From Utricularia gibba (lineage: Eukaryota; Plantae; Magnoliophyta): DNA of 64,000 nucleotides. Below are positions 36,219-49,500 of this stretch, piece by piece; within the stretch, counting starts at the first letter, position 1; every line of letters starts with the position of its first letter. The stretch spans positions 682,001 through 746,000 of the forward strand of contig NEEC01000009.1 in assembly GCA_002189035.1 (NCBI GenBank). Reading direction: 5' to 3'. The notes under the pieces were generated by a model that searched no databases, was not told where the DNA came from, and was given only the letters and a program-made list of their open reading frames with translations. A program made the position numbers and the translations under genes.

Positions 36219-39031
36219 CGTTACGTGCTTACCTTATCACCTTAAATTTTTTATTCGTAATTAAGACCTCTAATGATACATTATCTTCCAGTAGGTACCA
36301 AATTTAGGGTTCATCATCATGTGATAAGGCAATTACTATTCTACGATATGCTCTCCATTATCATCATCATGTCATGTGACATCTACAAATGTGCAAACCC
36401 AATACATGTCATTTTTTTTATTAACAAAGAAAAGAAATTAGTGTATTTGAAAATTATATCGATACTAAATGCAATAAAATATATCTTATATTTGAAAATC
36501 ACGGGGGGGGGGGGGGGTAGGGGATGATGGGCACTTCACTTTGATAAGCATGGCTTCGTGAGTGCAACTAGAAAAGCAAATTGGCCTGCAAAAAATCTGC
36601 TGCATTCGCACGCTTGGGGTGTGGTGGTGATGAATCATGACACGTGCGGATTTGGGATTTTGGGAATCGCATGATCAAAAAATGAGAAAAAGAAAATGTA
36701 TGGACATGATTTTTATCTGAATATGGGCCCTTTCAACTTCCTCATGAACTTAGTAGTGTTATTTTTTAGATTTGGGTTTGATTCAAATAACAAGTATCAT
36801 GATCTATTTTCTTATTGTATAATATTATTTATTTTAAATATTTAATTTTTACGATTTTATGTTCTTTTATTGTGAGTAAAATATATCATATAAAACTAGA
36901 AAAGATCCAACTATATAAATCGTTCATCTATATCATTTGTAATTGATATGAAACTTACCTAAGGTAATTACACCATTCTTTCATATTTATATATGATATA
37001 ATAAATTTTGATATATGTAAATAAAATCACTTAAAATTATAAAACTGTTTCATAATATATTAGAAAATTATATTAAAAATTTAATAAAATAAATTATATA
37101 GTGTAAAATTATATAATGAGAAATTATAGTATAATTTAACATTATAATATAAATATATTTTTATAATAAATAAAAAAGTAAATTTACAATTAATTTTTTA
37201 TTTAATCACTAAATTATATATTGAATGATTTATGTATTTAATCACCAAACAACCACATATTCAATTTGGATGAGACCTTGATTGAAATATTGCACACAAC
37301 TCATGAGATGATGCAACTCTCATTGTTTCACTTAATTCAATCAATAAAAATAATTATCAGGAAATTCAATCAACTGATGAAATGTGAGTGAAAAACTATT
37401 ATTTCTCAATATAAAAATTTATATATTAATTTATGAAAATAAAAAATATAAAATGATCATATTTCTAAATGATTTGAATAAGTATGAGATGTTTGATGTA
37501 GTAGATTATTTCATAGTATGTTGTTTGATAAGAAAATTATTTATATATAGTTTTTTAGAACTTTATTATTTTGAACTCTCACAACATTATGTTTTTTAAA
37601 TTCGAATACAATCTGGTGAGGAAAGGAGCCGGCATTCATTTTAGTGCTATCTGGTGCTTCTTGGATGTGATCGTGCACGGTTGTGCTCCGACAGGGGGCC
37701 CGCCGCCGGTGCACCGGTGAATCATTCATTTCTAATCATGCCGTTTGCTCGAACCATGGTTACCATGAAAACACACTTACCTAACTATGGTTAGCAATCT
37801 AAGCATGGCTAGTGAATCCCCAACTTTTCCTCAAGCCCAATTAGCCCATTCTAGCGTCTGGTCATGTTCCATGGACTCAAACCAGCCATCTCCATTCTTA
37901 CAACCTAACCCAATGTAGCAATATACATTCTTACAAAGGCAGAGTTACCTTGGGGCCCATATGTGCCTCATCCCCTCTTTCAAAAAAAAAAAAAAATTCA
38001 CCTTCACCACTATAATCACTTAGCCTCTGTTTTATAATTAGAGGTTATGCTTCAGATTATATATAATAAAATCAATTTTAAGATTATGTGAATAGAATTA
38101 ATTTTATATTGTAAAACAGTTTTGTGAAATCATATAAAATTATATTATAAAATTTAATAAAGTAAAATATATATTGTAAAATTTAATATATTAAGTTAAT
38201 GTAGAATTTAATGTTATGATATAATGTATTTTTAGAAATATTGTAATTCTTCTAATTAATTAATTATTTAATTTATGAATTTAATCATATAATCTGATTT
38301 TTTAGTTTTACAGCAGAACATCTAAGGATTAAAATCTTTAAAAATGAAACTGTATTATTTCAATAAATTCATAATATAGAACAAGCACTTATTATTACAA
38401 ACGAAAAACTAAATAAAACTAAATGACACGTCACAGAAAAAGATAAATGACACATGGCAGGACATTTAAGTATCATTGACGCGTACACGTGTGCAAATCT
38501 CCATGCGCACAGCAACGCTGATTATTGACTATGATGTAATAAATTACAGGCTTTGAATAATTAGCTATATAAGACTTTCATTATTACAATTCAGAAGCAG
38601 GCGTCCACGTGCCATCCTGGAATATGATGAAGTTGTCACATTAAATTCCGCAGCTGACAACATGGTCTATTTCTTTTATTATTTCTTAGAAAAAAAAGAA
38701 TAAACCAAACCCGAAAATCAAAACTACATATTATTTGTGCATAGTGGGGGTAAAAGTCCGTACAAGTGACGTGTATTTTATTTTATTTTTGTATTTATCG
38801 TGATAAACATAAACTCGTGGGGAAATAATTTTCAAGATTCAATTGTGTAGGATAAAAGGGAAAAGAAAATAAAATAAGATAGGCGGGGGGCCCAGGAGTG
38901 ATATAAGAAGGAAAATATCAATTTCGCTCAGAAACACGTACTGTGCGTGACTGTATATAAAGGAGAGGCGTCGGCGTGAAGCTTGCTTTATCGTGGAGTG
39001 TGAAGAGTGTGAAGTTGAGCGACAGCTGGCG

Positions 39032-39538
39032 ATGGATAGTTCAAGCATCGGCAACGGAGGGATGAGGACGTCGCTAGGGTTTCCGGTGGGGACGGCGGTG
39101 CTCCTGGCGGTGCTCTTCAGCCTCACCGGGATATACTCCTGTTGCTACCACTGGAATAGGCTCCAACGGGCTTTGTTCCCGCGCACCGCCGATGATATCG
39201 AAGCTCAGGGCGGATTACGCCCCTACTCGGCTTCGTATTTTCCAGAGGTACGGTCTCGGTCTCGGTCTCAGCATATTTGTTTTTATTCGGGGGTGCTGAT
39301 TTGAGCGAATTCGATTTGAATTGAAGCTGTTTCTCATCGATTTTACTGTATCCAGAATTTGGAGATTCAGAAGAATTTTCAATTGCCGGTGATAATAATG
39401 CCGGGGGACGATGTTCCGAAATTCGTTGCGCTTCCTTGTCCCTGTGAGCCACCACATCCGGAGAAAATCTCGTCGGAAGTGTTTCCAACACTTCCCAAGC
39501 AGCCATCGCCGCCGCGGATTGCGGTGCCGCTGTATTGA
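39032..39538 (+). CDS. Uncharacterised single-TM protein, At5g65660-like, 2 exons (39032-39247, 39356-39538)
   Basis: R.SLGFP.GTA.LL..LFSL.GI.SCCYHW, MPGD.VPKFVALPCPC.PP and end R..VPLY*. Confidence 0.88.
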
Positions 39539-39614
39539 TTGCGGGCCCATCTCCTTGGGGTTGTTTTGGGCGTAAATATAATATCCAATTTTTACAGGGA
39601 TTGATGCAGAAATT

Positions 39615-39960
39615 TCAAGACCTGATTGAGACACCTTCCTTCTTCTTGCCTTCGTGGTTAATCTTATCATATAGCTCCTTCATGTGATCGACTCTGTCCC
39701 CAAGTGTAGATATCCTCCTATCCGTCTCTTCGAAGACACAACAAAGGAAATCAAACAGGTAACTGGCATGGCGGCTGCTATCTTACCTTGCTGATTGATC
39801 AAAGGGGCGATGGACCGGAGCATTGAAAGCCGGCCGGTGTTGATATGAGCCATTTCCTCCGTCGCCTCTCCGCCACCAATTTCTTAGAAGGCTGGCCAAT
39901 AGATTTCTTACTTCTCCAGCTTCTTCCTCCAACATCACCCGTGATCCCAACTTTAGACAT
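39615..39960 (-). pseudogene. Degenerate bHLH93/bHLH61-type pseudogene
   Basis: SKKSIGQPSKKLVAERRRRKWL-(frameshift)[12 protein letters not shown]|(intron 39728-39786)|TDRRISTLGDRVDHMKELYDKIN matches the recalled [54 protein letters not shown]. It stops early and has no C-terminal domain. Confidence 0.8.
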
Positions 39961-41876
39961 GCTCAAGCAGTGCTCGGAGTGGCTATTAAACTAGTAAAAC
40001 TTCTTGGGATTCCAACCTCACTGCAAAAGGAAGGCGTTTGAGGAATCCCAGGATCCATCATCACCATCGTCGTTGTGAGCTGCTGCACTTGGAAAGGCAA
40101 TCTGGGGCTTTCCTCCTCCTCCAGAGGAATGTTCATTCACCATGCCCTGTCTTGAAGATGAACCCTACTTAGACCCCCTTAACTGGATAGACAAGTTGAA
40201 GAGGAAGCGCAGTGACGTGTACCATAGCATTGTTGTTCTAACATGTAAATGTGAAATGATTTGGACAACTTGGGAAGGAAATGTAGAAACAACAGTCCCA
40301 TCATTTAGGCAATTGACTATATCGTAATATGTGTTAAAAAAATACCCATATTTGTTATTAATTTTATGACAAATTTTGTAAGTGATCTTCAACGAGACAA
40401 TTCCTAGAATCCTACCCAGGCACAAAACAAACATACCTTTTGTGTTTGTGGCAGGGAGAATCATATTCCTTCTCCACATTTCCCAAGTAATTTTTTAAAT
40501 TTAATTATATTATCATAACATTAATTTAATTTACATAAAAATGTTTTTATATATTTAAATATATGTCAATTTTTTAACGGCAAATAATTTTTTTACAATC
40601 ACTTTAAGTCTATCAAAATTGGAAGAATATCTTTTGTGTTAGAGTTAGTTATGAGTTTTCAACTTATAATCATATTCATTATTTTTAAAAATAAATTCTT
40701 TAATGCCATTAGTTATCAATTGATAGTTGATAAATGTTGATATTTTATAATGTTTTTTATTCTAATAAAGTATTAAAATATTTTATATTTTAAATTATAA
40801 TTTTGGCATAAATATATTCAAACTAAAAAAAAATAATTTCCAGATTTATATAATATTTTATAACATAACTTATATATAAAATATAATTCTTATATTTGCA
40901 TATTTACAAAATATGAATGTAAAGAATATATATAAATATATGATTTATTTACAAGATTTATTTCTAATTTTTCATGCTTTACATATGAATTAAATATATT
41001 AAAAAATTCTAAATATATATCAATTCTTATTGTATCAAAATTTTAAATTCTGGTAAAATTATCTCTCATGTGTTTTTTCAAACACAGTTTTAGAGTTTTG
41101 AATGCCTAGTTTTTTAAAAAATATATAAAATTTAGGTATGTATTTTATATTAGTTTTGTATTTTTATTTAAAAAATCAAACAGAATTCCAATTAAAATGT
41201 AATTTTAAATTACATAATAGCTTGCATGGGCCGCTCCTTTCAAGTCGATAGGCCCAATATCCACATGCCATCCCGAAACGACCGCGCGTTCAAAACTGCA
41301 CCAGATGTTTTTAGCTCATAATTACCCGGGGGGGGGGGACCTTTCAACCTGCTCGTTACACACTTTTACAATAGTCAAAGTCAACGATGATTTTTAAAGC
41401 CAATGTAATAGAACCACAATTTAATATTCTAATTTTTAAATATATTAATCATAAATAGTAATCTGATTCCTTTGCAACCCAATAAAGCATGGTATAATAG
41501 ATAATCCACGGGGTACTTTTCTTGTATTTTTAAAATAAAATAAATCTCGGTTTAATTATATTTTCCGAAAATTAATTTTCTTAGTATAAAATAAAAGATG
41601 AATATTTTCAGAAGTATTATTTTTTAAAAAGAATTTTTTAATATTTTGTAATAAAATTGTTTTTAAAAAGTGATGGAACTGGAGGATTGGTTCCTTCTTT
41701 TTTTTTTTTTTTTTTCTAGAAGAGAACAAGAATAATGTTAAGTAGGACACGGCGACGCGGAGTCACTTTCTTAGTTCACAAGGAAACTATGCAACTTGTG
41801 TGTGTATATAAAGAGCCCTTCGTTCTGAGCGGGATCTGCGTTTGCTGCTTCATAACCTTCCCCAGGGACGAAGAAA

Positions 41877-42293
41877 ATGAGCGATCCTAGAGGCTATCCT
41901 CCTCCCTACGGCTACCCTCCCCAAGGTATGACTGGCTGACCTCCGTCACCGGTTTCGTTTCCGGTAGATGGGAAACTTTTGCTGGAAAGCATGCTTCTAG
42001 TTTTATTCTGTGTGGATATGCTTGGTCTTTCAATCCAACCGTTGCTTTAATTGTTTATAGGACCGCCGCCGCCGGTTATGCCGCCACCGCAGTACTACGC
42101 ACAGCCGCCGCCGCAGAAGAACCGTGGTTTTCTTGAAGGATGGTAATATTTACCCTCCACCCTACCCAGGAGCTCCAAAAACTTTTGTTAGAACAGACAA
42201 TCACAGTTTGTGTTTGGCAGTCTTGCTGCGCTTTGCTGCTGTTTCTTGGTGGACGAGTGCTGCTGCGATCCATCGGTGATTTGCGTGTGGTGA
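41877..42293 (+). CDS. CYSTM (cysteine-rich transmembrane module) small protein, 3 exons, ~67 aa
   Basis: MSDPRGYPPPYGYPPQ|GPPPPVMPPPQYYAQPPPQKNRGFLEG|CLAALCCCFLVDECCCDPSVICVW*. Confidence 0.92.
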
Positions 42294-43278
42294 TCGGGAG
42301 ATTTCGATGATACAAGAACCCCTGTTCTTCTTCATCAGAGTTTATATGCCTTAGTGTGTGATCTCCATTCGGATGACTATCGTGTTTCACAGTTCACTTT
42401 ATAGATGTTGGAGAAGAAGGAGTAAATTCCATATTCATTTGATGTGTTTTCATCCCCAAACACATCAATCGCGCTGCGAACCTTGCGTTACAAACAATGA
42501 TGCATTGAGAGACACCAGTTTCGCTTTTCTGGATACCCCTTTCAACTTTTGCTTCATCTGGGCATCTTTTTCAGAATTATCAGCACACACTTTACATCAT
42601 CCCTGAAAATCAGGTGCTTTTTGCAGTACTTTGGCTGGGGTTCTCTCGTTCGTGAAATGATCGATGATGTGATCGCAAAATAGGGTCATTGTGAATCTCC
42701 CAGCAACTTCAGCATCAGCTTCCGCCACCGCCACCGCCTTTCCTTTTCCCGAAACCCCGGCACGAAAGACGAAAAACAGTCCCAAGTTGATCGTGAAATG
42801 AAAAAAACGGTGGTCTCATTACATGTGCTTTACGATTCCCGGCGGCCGGAGAGTGAGAAACCGGCAGCTGCTCCGCATTTGAAGAAGGGATTAGGAGTAA
42901 ATACATTATAGGAAACTAATCCCAATATTTAAATAATAAAATATTTTATAAATTTATAATTTAATAATAGTACCTTACATTTTAAAAATAATAAAATGAT
43001 TTAGAGCGATCTAGGATAATAAAACGACGTGGTATAATGACTGAAATTTTGCGAAATGGGCCTGGCCCAGAGTTCAGGTCCACTTTGTACCCGTACCGTG
43101 ATCACACTCTTTGTACCCCCTCTCTTCTGGAGTTGTACGCAGAAATATAAGCTTCCATTCATTTCATTTTCCGCCATCGTTTAGTTCCTGTCGAGAATTC
43201 AAAATTTGGATTGGCTTCAAGCTAAACCCATCTATCTCCATTTAGCCGTAGAATTGGCCGCCGTTGGGAGATTTCCCG

Positions 43279-45116
43279 ATGAAGAAAGGTGCCAAGGGAA
43301 AGGTGCGCAACACCGGGTGAGGTCTGGGAAGGAGCCGGAGGAATCGAAAGATGTCAACTGTCTTGCCCCGACGGAGGAGAATAACACGCCTAGCGAAATG
43401 GAGGCCACTACAGGCCCCGTAAGAGAACTAAACTTTCAGAGGTTGAACCAGCGGAGAAGCATAAGACGGAGCGTACCAAAAAAGAGGTTGCACGCAAGAA
43501 AAGTAGAGTTTCCAAGGCCGAGATTGAGACGGAATGTTTTCAGGAGAAGCAAAATTTGGTAAGTATTTTCATTTAGTATATTTCAACAATTGTGTTGAAA
43601 ACGGTGTTGGGCAGCGTAGTGCGCGCATTTCCTTCTGATTCTTGTCTTCATTTTACCGCTCTGGTTAGAATGGGGAATTTCGGGTAGAAGGATTAAAAAA
43701 ATGGCAGATATTCATCTTAGGTTGCACTCAAAGGAGGCATAATTTTTATTTTTGCAGCGTGATGGGATCAGTGCTGACAGAAAACGGTTGATGATTATAT
43801 GCTTTGGATCATTGCGTTTGACATTATGCTTTTTGGCTGACTGCTTTTGTGTGAACTGTTTGATATAATAAAATTTTTACTTGGATGTTAGAATTTTATA
43901 TTTAAAGTGTAGTGGTTTATTACCGCTGATCGTTGAGGCTAAATTTAGTACCACCTGTTGATTGTCGCAGGGCTGGTGTAAAGCATTTAAAGGTTGACCG
44001 CGTAAAGAAACTTGAATATGGCATACAATGTGAGTAAAAGTCTTAATTGGTTTCTTTTATTTGATGTCTTGTCTCGCATGCTCTTGTTTGCTATTCTTTC
44101 TATTGATGGTAGCCCATCTAATTTGGTAATCTTGCTGAATATAAGTATTTTTCATTGAGTTGGTATTTGAAAACAGGCGTGGATGTCTTGTTCTATGGTA
44201 TTATATGATGTAAACGTCCCATTTGTCCATATATCATGTCTTGCAGACTTTTACCACCCGCTACAAGAAGATGAACTCGAGCAGAGCACAGAAGTTGAAA
44301 TTTTATTTCCCTTGGATCGTCAGCCAGTAAGATCGTGCACGAGGTGCTTGTGTCCCTGTACTAAGTTTTTGCCCACGTGGGTGGTTTTTCCCGTTTTATA
44401 ACATCGGCATCTCATCATGATGGTTACAATTGCAAACTGAGTGCGTTTTTTTTTCCTACAGCTTGTTACCTCTTTTGATTGCCTCAGTGTGTGTTCAAGA
44501 ATCCTTTTTTCTGAATTTGCATCTGAACATATTATTTTAAATTGGAATATATTCAGTTGTTCGTTGATCAACTCATTGAAGATGAATCACTGCCAGCAGA
44601 AAGAACCCTTCAAGGTAACATAACAAGGCTTCCGTTGGCACAATCTACCTAGTGTTATTTTTCCATTCTCCTGAGGTTAATTGTTATGGTGGTTCTATTA
44701 GGATTTTGTCAAGCAAAAGGTTCGTGAAGCTAAGCAAGCTAATAATGAGGTAGGCCAATGGAACACAAAAGTCTGGTTTCTAGTGTCTACATTTAAACAT
44801 ACCTTCCACATCCTGATCTTCCCATCCATCTGCTTATAGGCCAGAGAGGCACGTAAAAAGGCACTAGAGCAAATGAGTCCAGAAACAAAGGCCGCTTATG
44901 AGAACATGCGACTCTACAAATTTTACCCAGTTAAAACTCCTGACACTCCTGATTTATCCGGAAAAAAAGGTGAATGCTCTCACCTTTACACCTAAAGCTG
45001 TGAATTTTATCTTATGCCGCTTGGCTACATTTCATCTGTCCGTCAACTGCCCAGCTCGTTCGTTGCAGTGGTCCTTCATCAACAGATACTACGGGATTGC
45101 TCATCAGGTCCTGTGA
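43279..45116 (+). pseudogene. HIT4: HEAT INTOLERANT 4 (HIT4)-like gene with central exons deleted; pseudogene or derived short form
   Basis: MKKGAK..., E.ECFQEKQNL|, KHLKVDRVKKLEY, YFYHPL.EDELEQSTEV.I.FP, FVKQKVREAK.AN.EAREARKKALE, YKFYPV.TPDTPD and FINRYYG.AHQVL*. The EDLWK...TQRR block is absent and there is a frameshift near 44595. Confidence 0.8.
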
Positions 45117-46506
45117 TGCAACATTGGAGAAGAGTTTTTTGTCACCATGTGAAGACGCAAGCCGCCCATCTCGTGCTCCATGGCCCATGCCCTCTCGGTA
45201 TGGGATTTTCAGTTTCCAAACTATAGCCTCATATACAATCCTCGATTGTCAACCACATAAAGTGTAAACTTCAAACCATTGACCATGGAAAGCCAGCAGA
45301 GGCCTGCCCCATCTAGTTCCCAGATTATTTCGTTGTTGTAAGCAGCGTTGCATGATTTTCTTTCGTTCTCTCATTGTTTGCACAATATTTTCAGGCATCT
45401 TCCTTCCCAGGAGTGATGACCAACCATAATTCAAGGTGATATTGCAGGTTTTTATCAAAAGGAAAGCCAGACATCACAGAAATTCTCCAGGTCTCGAATT
45501 TGAGTATTTGGTGATATAGTAGGGCGGTTTCAAGTTTGCGTGCTGTATCTAGTTGAACTGCGTCAGTCATCATGAGCATCCTGCCTCCTAGTCCTGGTCG
45601 CGTCGGGTCGGGTCGGGTCTGAGTCCTGGCTGCACTCGGTTGGAGTAGTCAAATCGTGAGCCGTTTTACACCTCAGACCTATCCTTCCGTCAACAAGGTG
45701 TGGCGTCATTCCCACGCCCACCCATAACGAGCGGCCCTCGCCGAACCTTCCATTGATTTGTATTGCTACACAAGTGTTCCCATCACCATACAAAAAAACT
45801 ATTACTCAACAGATTTGTGGGCCTGTTTCCCTGTTCAGCTTTCTAGGTCTCCCGTTTTTGTTTCCTCTCCGGCCGTCGGTTCCTTACCTCGTGCTGTTGC
45901 CACCATTTATTGCATTCTTTATGAACCCTAATTTAGCAGCCGACGTTTCTGATTTTCGTGCCTCCTAGTTTCGCGGTGGGCAAATCCTCTTATATGCTTT
46001 TCTGTGGATGTGATTGGAGGTTTCAGCTTCTGTAATTGCGGTAGGCGCTGGAATCTTCATTATTGGATGTTGGGGATCTTGCTTCTGAAGGTTTGAGAAT
46101 TGGGGTGGGTGTACGGATGATTGGTGGCGGCCCATTTTGGGAACTTTTATGCGTTTCGGTGTTGAGAAAGCGTGTGGCTTTAGTGGGCACTCTTTGTTTG
46201 ACACTGCTGATTGAAGAAAAGATTGATTTTGGTGTCAGTTTTTGTTGACATAGTTCTTGGACCTCAAAGACTGGGTTGGCTCATGAATGTTACCTTAAAC
46301 TTGTGCATGCTAACCCTAGTCTAGAGCAAGAGCTCAAAGGTTCGATGGTTGGAGACCGTGCAAGATGCGTATGGTGATGCTTTCGGCGGTAAGCCTGTGT
46401 TTCAGGTTACATACTCTGGGGTTTTAGTTCTTTTGTGTGCTGTTTATCTCTGTCGTGATTGGGAATTCGAGCAGGAATTAAGATATTGAAGCATTTGTAG
46501 CTTGCA

Positions 46507-49500
46507 ATGGCTAGTGATGATCCCAAATTCAGGGGTCCTTCGACCGGGTTGGCTATTGTGTTGAATGGAGACGCCAGGAGAGAGGGGTCTGGTAAAGCTC
46601 AGTTGGTTGCAAGTTGCAATGCTTTCTGTGAACAGTCTGTGGAACGCGCAATTGAGCATGTTTTTAATCTACCTTATAAGACGATCAAACCTCTTACTTG
46701 CCCATTGACAGTGCTTGTGTTCGTTCAGTGATAAGGAACAAATTTCTAGGGCAGCTCCTGGACTTGACAATGCCTATGGCTAGGGAAAGGGCTGGAGTAT
46801 CCACGGGTCATGACGCGTCACAATCTGAGTATGTTAAGCTTGAAGAATCTAGCATATTTGGTGACATTCGAATTGTTAAAAAACCTTTTGTGGTGGAAAC
46901 TCATGCTTCATTCAGTAGTGTAAGGGCCAATGCCTGTGTATGGAGGGGGAAGTGGATGTATGAAGTAGTTCTTGAGACATCAGGAGTACAGCAGCTTGGT
47001 TGGGCTACTGCTGCATGTCTCTTCACTGATCATATGGGCGTTGGCGATTCTGATGAATCTTACTCGTACGATGGGAAAAGAGTCAGTAAATGGAATATAG
47101 AAACTGAACCTTATGGTCAGCCTTGGGTTGCCGGTGATGTGATTGGGTGTTGCATAGATCTGGATTCCGGTGAGATATCATTTTACAGGAACGGCATCTC
47201 CCTTGGGGTGGCCTTTAGTGGAATTCGAAAGATGGTTCCTGGATTGGGATATTATCCTGCAATTTCACTTTCTCAAGGTGAACGTTGTCAGTGGAATTTT
47301 GGGGCTATTCCTTTTGCCTATCCAATCGAGGGATACCTTCCAATTCAATCACCTCCTTCGTCACTAGCCCTTGCTAATGGGCTCATTGATTGCTTTCGCA
47401 GGCTGTTACAAATGTGGCGACCCACCAATGCTGAAATTGATAGTGTAGAAACTATTATTAAGCTGAAGCGATTTGAGTCTGTTGAGGATCTTTTCTCTCC
47501 TATTCTTGATGCCATTTGTGAAGAGTTATGCTATATCATCAATTTAAAAAATGAGAGTGCAGCATACATAGGGCGTGGCCTGTTTTGTTCTTTCATCATG
47601 GAAACCTTCAGAAGTCATCCCCCACATGACTACTCAACGCTGGATCGAATAATTGATGCCTTCATCAAATTTCCTGAGTCAAGAATACTGTTTGAACATC
47701 TTCTTGGGGCACTGTCAGCTGCATGTAAAAGCTCACCTTTGGTTCTTACTGAGTGTCCTTATTCTGGGTCATACAGTTATCTTGCTGTAGCATGCCACAT
47801 TCTAAGGAGGAATGACCTCATGATGCTCTGGTGGAAGTCTTCAGATTTTGAGTTCATGCTTGAGGGATTTCTTTCAAGAAAAAGTCCAAACGAGTATGAT
47901 CTTCGCTGTTTGATTCCTTCCGTTTGGTGGCCTGGAGCACATGAGGATGCAACCTCGGAGCATAGCATGCTGCTGACTACATCAGCTTTATCTGATGCTG
48001 TGAATAAGGTAGGCTGCACATAGTCATCCTCTGCTGGGAAACTTGGTGAAATTGAAAATTTACAAAAGAAATCTTTGTTTGACACGCTGATTCTATAGCC
48101 TTTTGTAGCTTAATCCTATTCTAACGCGAAATAAATTTTCATCTGTTTTTCTAATTGCATCTCTCGTATTTTTCTTTAGATAGAGGAAAAGCAAAGGGAA
48201 CTTTGTCACTTGGTAATGCAATTTGTCCCTCCTGTTGCGCCACCTCAATTCCCTGGTTCAGTTTTTAGGACGTTTCTGCAGAATATTTTGTTGAAGAACA
48301 GGGGTGCTGATAGGAACGTACCACCCCCTGGAGTCTCTAGTAACTCAGTTCTTGTTTCCTTGTTTTCCATTATTCTCCATTTTCTATCTGAAGGCTTTGA
48401 TGTATATGGTTGGAGCAAGAGATCTGGACCAGAGTCCAGAGCTCATTTAGGTCTCCTACACAGGGGTGGTGAACAATGTTTTCCTGCCTCCCTATTTCTG
48501 AAGAATGATCCTCATCGAGTTGACATACCCAGGATTGGAGGATCTTACTTCCATTTATCAAAGTGTTGTCCTGTAATAGCTAATCAAGAAGAAGAGATGA
48601 TCCAATGGGAAGAAGGCTGCATGGATGATGAGGAAACCAGAGTAACCCATTTGAGCAGGCAAAAGCCATGCTGCTGTTTTAGTTATAATTCGGATACACT
48701 GCAAAAATCTAAAGATTGTATGAGATATTCATTGAAGGGGCATCTTGGAAGTGGTGGCTCTGTTCCAGAGAGATCTAGTAATGTAACACGAGGGTGTAGC
48801 TCCAGCAACCTCAGTGAAGAGATAGCTGATAAACCCAGCACTAGTCACCGTACAGATTCAGATTTTTCTTTTCGTCCAGTGCACCAAATCAGGATTTTGC
48901 CAACAGTGAACACCCTCCCTTCAGCTATTCTTAACGAGGAAGAACTTTTAGATGCAATGCTTTTGCTTTACCACCTGGGTGTCGCTCCCAAGTTTAAGCA
49001 GGTGTGCTGGGTTTTTGCTATTTTCTGCTCTTTCTACGTGCACTTGCAGCAATGTTACAGCTGGGTTTTTATAATCTGATTCTCATATCATTTCCAGCAA
49101 TGTCACAGCTCTAATGTAAAAGATTGCATTTTGGTCTGTTTCTGTTAAGAAAAAGTCCATCCCACCTAACTCATAGATCTGTTGCCCTGTAATAAGAGTT
49201 TTCACTGTGATAGTTCAGCCAGTTTCTGGAGTAAGACTTATTTTGTAATTTTGATTTCTAAATTAGGTGTCATCTTTCATGTACCGTTATTCTAGCTCTA
49301 TGTCACTTCTGGAAGAAACAGATCGACATATCAGAGAGGGAATCTATGGTGACAAAATTAAACAGTTGAAAGAGGCTCGCCGAGTTTATCGTGAAGAAGT
49401 TATGGATTGTATCAGACATTCTGCTTGGTAATCTCAAAGCCACCTTGTTAATGTTTATTCTGAATGCGGCATCCTTATTCATATTAGAGCCTGTTTTGTG

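Noticed and set aside
38021-38390. Possible degenerate MITE (inner CAGATTATAT/ATATAATCTG inversion)
   Set aside because: The termini match poorly and no TSD is evident; it cannot be separated from AT-rich background by eye.
42597-42906. Small minus-strand ORFs after CYSTM
   Set aside because: No recognisable motif, and no single homopolymer correction yields a credible protein.
45391-45579. 62-aa minus-strand ORF between HIT4-like and RKP
   Set aside because: No family resemblance I can support.
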